From positions 1 through 51,657 of the IMG/VR virus record IMGVR_UViG_3300030331_000022: a DNA stretch of 51,657 nucleotides; one strand, 5' to 3'. Position 1 is the stretch's first letter. The number at the start of each line of letters is the position of its first letter. The notes below the pieces were generated by a model. It had not been told where the DNA came from. It was given only the letters and a program-made list of their open reading frames with translations, and searched no databases. The DNA is from a virus. Lineage: Duplodnaviria; Caudoviricetes. Both the position numbers and the translations under genes were made by a program. Positions 44,901 through 51,657 of the stretch are shown here, in pieces.

Positions 44901-45797
44901 CAACCTTTCAGTCAAACCACTGGTAATAAAATTTCTATGATTTAAACGTTCTTTAGTTGCTTCATAATTACGTTCTGCGATATCCATTTGTTGTTTTAAT
45001 AATGCATCTAAAGTAGTTTCTGCTGTTCCAATATCCATATCTGTTTGAGCTATTGCAGCCCTTTGAAGTGGAGTCATTTCTCCTAGAGGACCAGATGTTT
45101 GTACACGTAACCGCATCATTTCTGTTTGAGTATTAATAGCATCCTCTTTTAATCTTTTATGCATAAGTTTTGTAGATTCAAATATATCACCAGACTTAAT
45201 ACTAGTTTTATATTCTTCATATGCATCATCTAGTATTTGTTGGGGTGTTCTTTGTGGCTCCGTGTCTTCTAGAGCATCTTTTGTTTCCCCTGTTACAGCT
45301 TTTGTTTCTTCATCTATTTCTTTTATTTGCTCTTCCGTTAAACGACTTTTTTCCAATACTTCATCTGAAGGCATTAAATAGTTAAGCTCAAGACCAGATA
45401 AACGTCCAGTCCTATCAGGATCTGGCCTAAGAAAAGTTTCAACCGTTAACCTATCTGCTAGTGCTTTCTCCTCTTCACTCATAAGATGATGTCTGCCATA
45501 AACGTTATTTTCAATATTATGATATTCTCTTGAAATTTCGTCAAAGCTACGAATTTCTGACCTGCCTACAAAATTTGGACCCTTATCTATTTCCTCAGAT
45601 GACACAACTTCTTTAGGGCTTTCATCTTTATAATCAGGATCAATTGATTTCATAGATAACATAGGCAAGCCACTGTCTGTTTTTTGCTCACCTGAAGTGT
45701 AAAGAGGATTTATTTTAGATCCTTTATCTTGATTATAAAGACTGCTTATGCCTGATTTACTTTGTGGTGCACCATATAAAGGGTTTATTTCTGTCAT
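41961..45797 (-). CDS. Large internal virion (ejection) protein
   Basis: 1278 aa, helical, last gene of the late block, as with podovirus ejection proteins. Confidence 0.65.
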   Translation of the reverse strand: MTEINPLYGAPQSKSGISSLYNQDKGSKINPLYTSGEQKTDSGLPMLSMKSIDPDYKDESPKEVVSSEEIDKGPNFVGRSEIRSFDEISREYHNIENNVYGRHHLMSEEEKALADRLTVETFLRPDPDRTGRLSGLELNYLMPSDEVLEKSRLTEEQIKEIDEETKAVTGETKDALEDTEPQRTPQQILDDAYEEYKTSIKSGDIFESTKLMHKRLKEDAINTQTEMMRLRVQTSGPLGEMTPLQRAAIAQTDMDIGTAETTLDALLKQQMDIAERNYEATKERLNHRNFITSGLTERLLNAVEAGFLTIPQLNKIVLADEFLNPVTAAVEIPHIFADVQENVRDDEYGQAALNTGIGILETAATIPIAKLIIKPINATWKVLSGGRTAYDDVAKAIANETKLYDEKVAAAKSVASDNKELRTQLIKEMEEELDVKISKELKDGNLVPDPDLIREAGTKKISDYYSDMGYVGNDGKTVNLTDYAINDDALALPILDPDKMDIFVSTIVDLKSDPKFADKLKVKKGKPFKDMKGERLIDKLFDLTLDKELLTSPELLEVLTKNGLSFEEYVLGIVGSGSKAGKLLNRLSQINRIKPKSVKELQEIEAKIATQNALGKMWTGTVLRGENIRRGLMVSSLATAVRNFQSALIRSPMESLSDIMDTAILTYGNARHTGKSRGAALIDFHNSVNPLVRDGTWSGSFNNLRYMFLEQNRAEEFTDYILDRPELSEQFDKMFNSIGEIQKATGRGQSTSKAGYALDQVMSRGEDLAWAVNGPNRWQEHVVRRATFLAELERQLKVKWDVDLQQSLKEGKIQDLLNDAPSLRPEDGDSFLSLVEASTNKALDVTYALPPDFAPFKVLSNFITKSGLTVIVPFPRFMFRSMEYIAQNVGGIPQVAIRKALFKESREAGLTARDRQDITRNLVGLAALKGMYDYRTSEHATENYTTMAYEDKQADITAQYPLRQASWIADFARRQQEGTLGTWFGMGMDEITETFLGTVVRTGTGNVFVDEITEIIKGTDDEIDAEVRSKRIGRLVGQYVNTFLTPIFQIPEAQRALDIRTKEAKDFTGSVEVSESTFENTFYEQIARRGLAAPSFEEELPNRVTIDEGQVDRPDAATRLFAGITIKDRDSDVRDYLTEIGYDDATYEYGSKSRIPELKLAENEFLENVFPMMVTLAKDFAESKHTRKIDQHRAARVFIKNAAEDLRAAYNDPEAGLADQRAILADQLRRLSKDERAYGIVLFKDVNKRLPDITSLEDLTSLITFSGLLQDIDFVPKN

Positions 45798-45802
45798 AAT
45801 AA

Positions 45803-47005
45803 CTACTTCACCTTGGGTGGTGTATAAACACCTGCATCAAAAAATGTGTCAAATATTCCAAGGGGAGTTTCTGCACGAGGTATACCTGTATATACTTTTA
45901 TTCTAAATTCATTCTTTTCAGTTTGTTCGTTAAATTGTCTTACAATAATAACATCCCCCTCTTTAAAACCTCCTATATCTTGAGTTTTTAAAGCTGCTGC
46001 AAAACTGTTAATAACATAATCTCCTGCATCATTAACTTCTGTTTTATTATAACCAAAATCCATAGTTTCTTTATCTGCTTTTTTATTAGCAACTGCTTTA
46101 GCATGATTTTCTAATGTTCTTTCTGCTTTATTTTTTATACCAATAGCACGAGCCATCAATATGTCATCAGAAAAATTATCAGTTGGCTTTGCAGCTATTG
46201 CTATCTCACCTGCAGCCTCTAATGAAGCTATAGCTTGAGGACCAGCCTGACCTCTAATTGCTTGCATAATACCTGTTTTTACATCATATTTAAATCCTGC
46301 ATCCATTGCAGCATTTGTCCTTGCATTTTTAATTACTGTTTCACGAGAGTCTGGACTAAAAAGTTTGTCTGCTTCTTTACTAGGATCATTCTCCATTTGT
46401 GTTTTCCAATAAGCCACATTTTCATCTTCTATTTTATACTCTTCACTGTCCTCACCAAATTTACGTTTAGCACTTAATCTTTTATTTAACGATGTTGCAT
46501 ATCCTACTTTAATACTTCCTATTTCAAAATCTTCTTCTTCTTCTTTTTTCTTCGCAAGTGTACTTAAATTTAACCTAAAGGGATTTGTTGGATCTATTTC
46601 AGTACGACTTTGAAATGTTTCACTAACTATACCATTTATATTACTTTCATTTCTAGGATCATTATGATCATCATTTATTAAATTACTATCTAATATTGAA
46701 CTAGCAGAAAATCCATTTTGATTAGCAGTGTTTGCAAAATTTGCATACTGTGTTACTGCAGCAGATCCACCTTTCATAATCCACTGTGCTTGTGCATCAG
46801 TATAACCAAGTGTTTTTAGAAAAGCTGCATTTTCTTTATCTTCTTTTCTTGTCTTACGTCTTTCTGCTGCGTCAGCCAAACGCATTCTAGTTGCCTCTTC
46901 TTCTGCAAGCATATCAAATTTAAATTGACGTTCCTCTGCCTCATCAATATCTCTGACAATTTGTTTTCCCATTCCACTTAGAAATGCTCCAAAATTAAAC
47001 GCCAT
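45803..47005 (-). CDS. Putative internal virion protein
   Basis: 400 aa; N-terminal MAFNFGAFLSGMG amphipathic segment followed by coiled coil. Confidence 0.6.
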   Translation of the reverse strand: MAFNFGAFLSGMGKQIVRDIDEAEERQFKFDMLAEEEATRMRLADAAERRKTRKEDKENAAFLKTLGYTDAQAQWIMKGGSAAVTQYANFANTANQNGFSASSILDSNLINDDHNDPRNESNINGIVSETFQSRTEIDPTNPFRLNLSTLAKKKEEEEDFEIGSIKVGYATSLNKRLSAKRKFGEDSEEYKIEDENVAYWKTQMENDPSKEADKLFSPDSRETVIKNARTNAAMDAGFKYDVKTGIMQAIRGQAGPQAIASLEAAGEIAIAAKPTDNFSDDILMARAIGIKNKAERTLENHAKAVANKKADKETMDFGYNKTEVNDAGDYVINSFAAALKTQDIGGFKEGDVIIVRQFNEQTEKNEFRIKVYTGIPRAETPLGIFDTFFDAGVYTPPKVK

Positions 47006-47516
47006 CTGTAGTTCTCCTAGACATTAAACCAGCTTTTGGTTTTTCTGGCTCTGGTTCCTTAACCTCTGGTTCTGGTTCTGGTTCTTTGCTCTTTTTACTT
47101 TCCTCTTTACGCACCCTTTCCATTGCAAGTGCAACCCTTTGCTGCGTAGGTTTATCTTTATCTGTTGCTACATTAGAACCCATAGTGTACTCTACATCTG
47201 CTTCCTCTGCTAGATATGCCATAGTTTCCATTAATACAGGTATAATTAATATGCCTACATCTAAAGAATGTTTACCCCCCATAACACCTGCAGTTTGCAT
47301 AGAATTTGCAATAGTTGTTAAAGGTATGCCTGTTTCCATTACATCAAATAAATTACCTATAAAATCTTCACTAAGTAATCTGGGTATATAAAACTCTAAT
47401 GCCTCTTCTACAGTATCGTATTGTGGTGGATTTTGCCAAGGCACATTGCCTAACTCAGCAGTTAAACCTTGACCTGCAATAGGGGCATCTAACATAGGTT
47501 GTGGTTTAGTTACCAT
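46995..47516 (-). CDS. Conserved hypothetical virion-module protein
   Basis: DAPIAGQGLT.ELG..PWQNPPQY motif; PE-rich tail ending GLMSRR. Confidence 0.7.
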   Translation of the reverse strand: MVTKPQPMLDAPIAGQGLTAELGNVPWQNPPQYDTVEEALEFYIPRLLSEDFIGNLFDVMETGIPLTTIANSMQTAGVMGGKHSLDVGILIIPVLMETMAYLAEEADVEYTMGSNVATDKDKPTQQRVALAMERVRKEESKKSKEPEPEPEVKEPEPEKPKAGLMSRRTTDGV

Positions 47517-47712
47517 TTCTTAATTCCATTCTAGCTTTCCGTAATTCTGCAACGTATTTTGCAACCCGTTGTCTTGGGTTAAGCTCTTTTTTAGTTTCTG
47601 GTTTTTGCATATTACGAGATAATAATCCCATACTTTTACCAGTATCCTCAGTTTTTTCCTCTACTTTAGAAAAATCTAAATTACTATATGTCTGATATCC
47701 TACATTAAACAT
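47506..47712 (-). CDS. Hypothetical protein
   Basis: 68 aa, contains GLLSR. Confidence 0.65.
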   Translation of the reverse strand: MFNVGYQTYSNLDFSKVEEKTEDTGKSMGLLSRNMQKPETKKELNPRQRVAKYVAELRKARMELRNGN

Positions 47713-47721
47713 TATTTCTTC

Positions 47722-50700
47722 CTATATAAAACTACCCAAAATACTACTACCAATACTTGTTTTTAAATCAGAAGTAAGCAATGCTCCAATAAGAGCACCG
47801 AATCCTTCACTTACAGCAAAGTCTTCTTTTAGTTTTGCTAAATCAACTGTTGTGTCAGCATTTAATTGTGCTAGTGCTAATTCTTGATATCTTCCTCTAT
47901 CATTTTCTGCAGATGTCCATGCCCAATTCATATTATCCGAATAAAATTGCCACAAGTTATTATATGCCGTAGTAGAATATCCAAGCAAAGATGCAGCATT
48001 TATTTCATTTGCTCTATTTATTGCTTGATTATCTGCAGTTGCAATTTGCCTACGCCACTGAGCATTTGCCTGATCAATCACAAGTCTATTCTGTGCATTA
48101 AATTGTTGACGTTGATTATTTATTTCTGTATTGAATCTTTCAATAACATTAGTTTGCCCTGCATTAAACTGCGCCTGTGCATTTGCTTGTGATGTATTAA
48201 ACTGTGCAGTATTGTTTGCTAAACTTGCAAAAAACTGATCTGTTTGATTTTGTGATGTAGCATTAAACTGTGCAGCAGCATTAATTGCAGCTTGATCAGT
48301 AAACAATGCTTGCGTTCTCTGTTGTGCTCTAAACAATTCGGTTTGTTGTTGATTTGATAAATTAGCCATATCAATTTGTAAAAAGTTTTGTGCATTTTGT
48401 ACTGCAGCTTGTTGTCTATTAGACAGATTAGCCATGTCTAAATTTGCAAGTGCAGCAGCTTCTGCCATAACCATAGCTTGATTGTTATTTAAATTGGCTA
48501 AGTTCATACTGTTAGCAATACGAGAGTTTTCTAATGCTATCTGTTGCTCTGCAGTAAAGTTCATGTTAGCTACATCACTAACTTTAGCTGCATTAGCTAC
48601 ACGTGCCTGAAATGCTTGGTCAAACTCTTGACCTATAAATTGTGCTCTTTGTTGTGCTGCAAGCATAGCACGTTGTTGACGATTTGACAAGTTTTGTTGT
48701 TCAAAAGTTGCTTGTGTAGATGCATCAGCTTGAGCAATAGGTAACGCAGATTCCATAGCTGCCTGTACAAGTGCCTGTCCTGCTATACTACTAGCACCTA
48801 ATCCTCTTGCAGCCATTTGTGCACTTACTGCTCTCATTGCACCAGCAGCCCATGCAGGGGTAGCACCACCTTCAAATTGATCCATAAGACCTTCTAGCTG
48901 CCCTTGTACAGTAGCTTTTTTACTTGGGGTAGCTTCTGCAGCCTGTACTTGTTCTGTAAACTTAGCAGCCTTCTCTGCGTCTGCAGCCCCTGTTACAAGC
49001 TCACCACTTTGTATCTCACGGGTAACAGGATTATCAATTAATGTAGCTGTACCTTGTGCAGCTTGTAATCCTGTTATACTTGACTCTGCTTGTTGTTCTG
49101 CAGTAATAGTTTCAGGGGCATCAGCCTGTGCTGCTCGTGTACCTGCTGCAACTTTATCTACATCTGTTGCTGCAGTTTGTGCAGTCATAACTGTAGTAGG
49201 TGTAGCCACAGGCATACCTGCTTGTGTCGTAGTTGCAAGTGCAGTTGGCAATGCAGCAGAACCTGATACTTGTCCAGAGGCAGGATCAATAAACTGCCCT
49301 GCTTCTACACCAACTCCAATAGGAGTAACAATAGCACCAGACGGTAATCCTGGTGTTATAGCTTGAGTTTTCAATACATCAGTAAGAGTAGAACCCTCTG
49401 TAAATGTTTGTGATGGTATATATTGTTGGTCTAAAACACGAGGAGTTCCCCCTACTTGAAACTTTTGAGCCATACCACCTTGAGCCATTTGCATAGCCTT
49501 TTGAGTGTACATATCCATCTTTTGTTTTTTATCAGGATTATTGTTAAGATAATCATTAAATCCAGACATGTCACCTTGATATCCTAAACTACCTGCAATA
49601 CGTTGCATTGCTTGCGGTTTAAAACCTCCAAAAGATTGTGTCATAGGCATAGTTTGTTGTTGTTGTTGTTGCATGTTTGGAACCATACCCCCTTGCTGCA
49701 TAAAATAACTACCACCATAATTAGGATTATTAAGTGATATAGTTTGTGGACCTACAGAAGACTGTCCAAGCACACCAGTTGAAAGAGGTGTATACGTAGG
49801 CTGTTGTCCTAAAACAAATGTGCCTGTAGCAGGATTTACATTACCCATAAACTGTGGTTGAAATCCTTGCACTTGAGTTGTTGTTGCTTGTTGTGTAGGT
49901 ATTGGATTAATATTTACAGGAGTAACTTGTGGAGCTGTAGAAGTAGTAGGTTGTGCAACAGACATCTGTGGATTAATAATAGGTTGTTGTGTTTGTAAAG
50001 GTGTAGTAGATGGACCTGTATTTAGCACAACTGGTTCTATATTAGACTCTGTACCTGTATCTACATCAACATTTGCACCTACGTTAGCAGAATCTGATAC
50101 AACTGGATCTGGATCTGGATCTGGGTCTGGGTCTGGGTCTGGGTCTGGGTCTGGGTCTATCACTGGATCTGGATCTGGATCTGGTCCAGATATAGTAGTA
50201 GTATCTAATCCCATATTTTTTGTATGAAAATCGTCTAAAGCATTAGCCACCTTTTCATTAGTTTCAAGTCCTTGATCGTGTCTCAGTGCAGCAGTTGTAT
50301 CTTGTATTGTTATTGAACCATCATTATTAAAATCATATTGATCTATTTCATCTGCAGGTATTTTATCTAAACCAACGATATCTTCTTGTATTCTTTCCAC
50401 CATTGCCTTAGAAGAAAGCTCTGGACTATTTTCTATAAAATTACTAAAGGCACTTGTTATCTTATTATTTATTTCCTCTGTCTGCCCAAGATTTTTAAAA
50501 CCTCTTAATGCATTTACAACATCTCCAGTTCCAATGCTACCATCACCATTTATATCATAAATAGATAATTGATCTGTAGGTATTTCTTTTAATCCAACTA
50601 TATGTTCTTGTAATTTTTTAACAAAAGCAGATTTAACTTCAGGATCTGCTGAAGGAGGTACTTTTGTTATTGTATCATTTTCTACAATGTATCCCTTTTG

Positions 50701-50991
50701 TGTTAAAGAATCTGCTACCTCTCTCATATTTTGAGTTATTTTAGTGCCTTCAGGAATATCTAATCCTGCAGTAATGTATGCCTCTGCATCAGCACGTTGT
50801 GCAGATGGTGTACCAAGATCAGCTTCTGTTAAATTAGTAAAGTTACCTTGTGCTTTAAATTTTCTAAACTGATCTTCTGCTTTTAAACTGGCAAGGAAAT
50901 CATTAGGAGCAGTTACACTAATAGTATTTCCAGTAGGCAGTGTATATGTATAACTATTTAATATAGTTCCTATGCCGTATTCGTTTTCCAT
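47722..50991 (-). CDS. Large Gln/Ala/Asn-rich internal virion protein with N-terminal dockerin/EF-hand-like repeats
   Basis: 1089 aa; two Dx(N)xDG Ca-binding-type loops, (DP)n linker, long QFNA/NLSNRQQ coiled-coil repeats and a C-terminal hydrophobic segment. Confidence 0.7.
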   Translation of the reverse strand: MENEYGIGTILNSYTYTLPTGNTISVTAPNDFLASLKAEDQFRKFKAQGNFTNLTEADLGTPSAQRADAEAYITAGLDIPEGTKITQNMREVADSLTQKGYIVENDTITKVPPSADPEVKSAFVKKLQEHIVGLKEIPTDQLSIYDINGDGSIGTGDVVNALRGFKNLGQTEEINNKITSAFSNFIENSPELSSKAMVERIQEDIVGLDKIPADEIDQYDFNNDGSITIQDTTAALRHDQGLETNEKVANALDDFHTKNMGLDTTTISGPDPDPDPVIDPDPDPDPDPDPDPDPDPVVSDSANVGANVDVDTGTESNIEPVVLNTGPSTTPLQTQQPIINPQMSVAQPTTSTAPQVTPVNINPIPTQQATTTQVQGFQPQFMGNVNPATGTFVLGQQPTYTPLSTGVLGQSSVGPQTISLNNPNYGGSYFMQQGGMVPNMQQQQQQTMPMTQSFGGFKPQAMQRIAGSLGYQGDMSGFNDYLNNNPDKKQKMDMYTQKAMQMAQGGMAQKFQVGGTPRVLDQQYIPSQTFTEGSTLTDVLKTQAITPGLPSGAIVTPIGVGVEAGQFIDPASGQVSGSAALPTALATTTQAGMPVATPTTVMTAQTAATDVDKVAAGTRAAQADAPETITAEQQAESSITGLQAAQGTATLIDNPVTREIQSGELVTGAADAEKAAKFTEQVQAAEATPSKKATVQGQLEGLMDQFEGGATPAWAAGAMRAVSAQMAARGLGASSIAGQALVQAAMESALPIAQADASTQATFEQQNLSNRQQRAMLAAQQRAQFIGQEFDQAFQARVANAAKVSDVANMNFTAEQQIALENSRIANSMNLANLNNNQAMVMAEAAALANLDMANLSNRQQAAVQNAQNFLQIDMANLSNQQQTELFRAQQRTQALFTDQAAINAAAQFNATSQNQTDQFFASLANNTAQFNTSQANAQAQFNAGQTNVIERFNTEINNQRQQFNAQNRLVIDQANAQWRRQIATADNQAINRANEINAASLLGYSTTAYNNLWQFYSDNMNWAWTSAENDRGRYQELALAQLNADTTVDLAKLKEDFAVSEGFGALIGALLTSDLKTSIGSSILGSFI
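50104..50184. repeat. Hexanucleotide tandem repeat (TGGRTC)n encoding (DP)n
   Basis: Nine units at 50104-50157 plus three more at 50164-50181. Confidence 0.9.
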
Positions 50992-51452
50992 TACCTAGTT
51001 CCTATCCATACAAAACCAAACAAAAAGCCAACACAACACAAAAATAAAAAGATACCCGATGTCCACTCAATAATTGCTTGTTTAATTTCTTCTTGCCTAT
51101 GTTCATGTTCTCTTTTTTGCTTTCTAAGTTTTGCTTCTATCTCTAATATTTCTTGCCATTTAGAAGGTCCATACATAACTGATATATAATCTTTTAATTC
51201 TTTTCTCATGGCTGCGGCCTTTTGTTTAGCTGCAAAAATTTCCATAGCTTGTGCTTCTATACCACCACCTAATGCTTTATACCAAGGTGGCTTTTGATTT
51301 TGTTTATCTACAAAGTCTAAATCAGCTATAGCACCAGCCCATTTAGCCATAGTACCACCCATGTCTTGCAGGTCTTTGCCAACCTGTATGCCTTTTTTTA
51401 GTGTGTTAAAGGCAGCAGTAGCACCTGCAATAGCCGTTATGGGATCTATCAT
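50991..51452 (-). CDS. Hypothetical membrane-anchored protein
   Basis: MIDPITAIA N-terminus, coiled coil, C-terminal TM segment. Confidence 0.75.
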   Translation of the reverse strand: MIDPITAIAGATAAFNTLKKGIQVGKDLQDMGGTMAKWAGAIADLDFVDKQNQKPPWYKALGGGIEAQAMEIFAAKQKAAAMRKELKDYISVMYGPSKWQEILEIEAKLRKQKREHEHRQEEIKQAIIEWTSGIFLFLCCVGFLFGFVWIGTR

Positions 51453-51657
51453 CTTCTCTCTATAATTCTATCTAGCTTTGCGTCTAGAGCCTCCAGTCTG
51501 TCTATTATTCTATTTATATCACTGTTAGCTTCTGCTTTAGTCATATAGTCACGAGCCATTTCTTCTCGTGTTTTATTTAATAGGACTTGCATACGTTGTG
51601 TTTCTGTGTGTTGGCTACGGATAACCCAGCCTACTATACCAAGTAGACCAGTTAGTC
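51449..51657 (-). CDS. Small TM + coiled-coil phage protein (partial, start outside the window)
   Basis: ...LTGLLGIVGWVIRSQ...LLNKTREEMARDYMTK...RLEALDAKLDRIIERR; its TGA overlaps the next ATG. Confidence 0.65.
   Translation of the reverse strand, partial: LTGLLGIVGWVIRSQHTETQRMQVLLNKTREEMARDYMTKAEANSDINRIIDRLEALDAKLDRIIERR

Noticed and set aside
42658-48192. + strand ORFs opposite the internal virion genes (e.g. 43045-43533, 43936-44352)
   Set aside because: They are antisense shadows beyond the bidirectional terminator, with no promoter or RBS.

Overview
The window is most of the genome of a marine podovirus, and both ends fall inside genes. It has the hallmarks of an HMO-2011-type phage of marine Alphaproteobacteria (Roseobacter/SAR116-like hosts): a family A DNA polymerase with an inserted DnaJ-type zinc-finger segment, a tyrosine recombinase in the early operon, a class II (B12) ribonucleotide reductase, and no recognisable phage RNA polymerase. 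There are two transcription blocks. The + strand block (about 22.7-41.95 kb) carries early and replication genes: DUF932-like protein, integrase, primase, helicase, ThyX, DoxX, GMP reductase, zf-CHCC, PolA, SSB-like protein, exonuclease, endonuclease I and NrdJ. The - strand block carries late genes, running from 21.9 kb down to 1 and from 51.6 kb down to 41.96 kb: a cluster of very basic microproteins, lysis genes, terminase, portal, scaffold, capsid, tail and internal virion proteins. The blocks diverge from a repeat- and palindrome-rich non-coding region (about 21.9-22.7 kb, probable genome end) and converge on a bidirectional terminator at about 41.95 kb. The most notable unexplained signals are: (i) a repeated CC / C(U)nAC asymmetric internal-loop RNA motif, five copies in the leaders of the scaffold and capsid genes; (ii) a near-palindromic 14-mer GTCCAATGTTGGAC repeated four times in the early region regardless of reading frame; (iii) an array of about nine Lys/Arg-rich microproteins, including a (KKKGMARGGM)n repeat protein, with an [MFK]xxGG motif shared with putative internal virion proteins; (iv) unlisted small genes (DUF1127, ArfA-like, Cys-rich peptides) and dockerin-like and CFI-box-like domains on probable virion proteins. 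All family assignments come from motif recognition by eye, not database searches.
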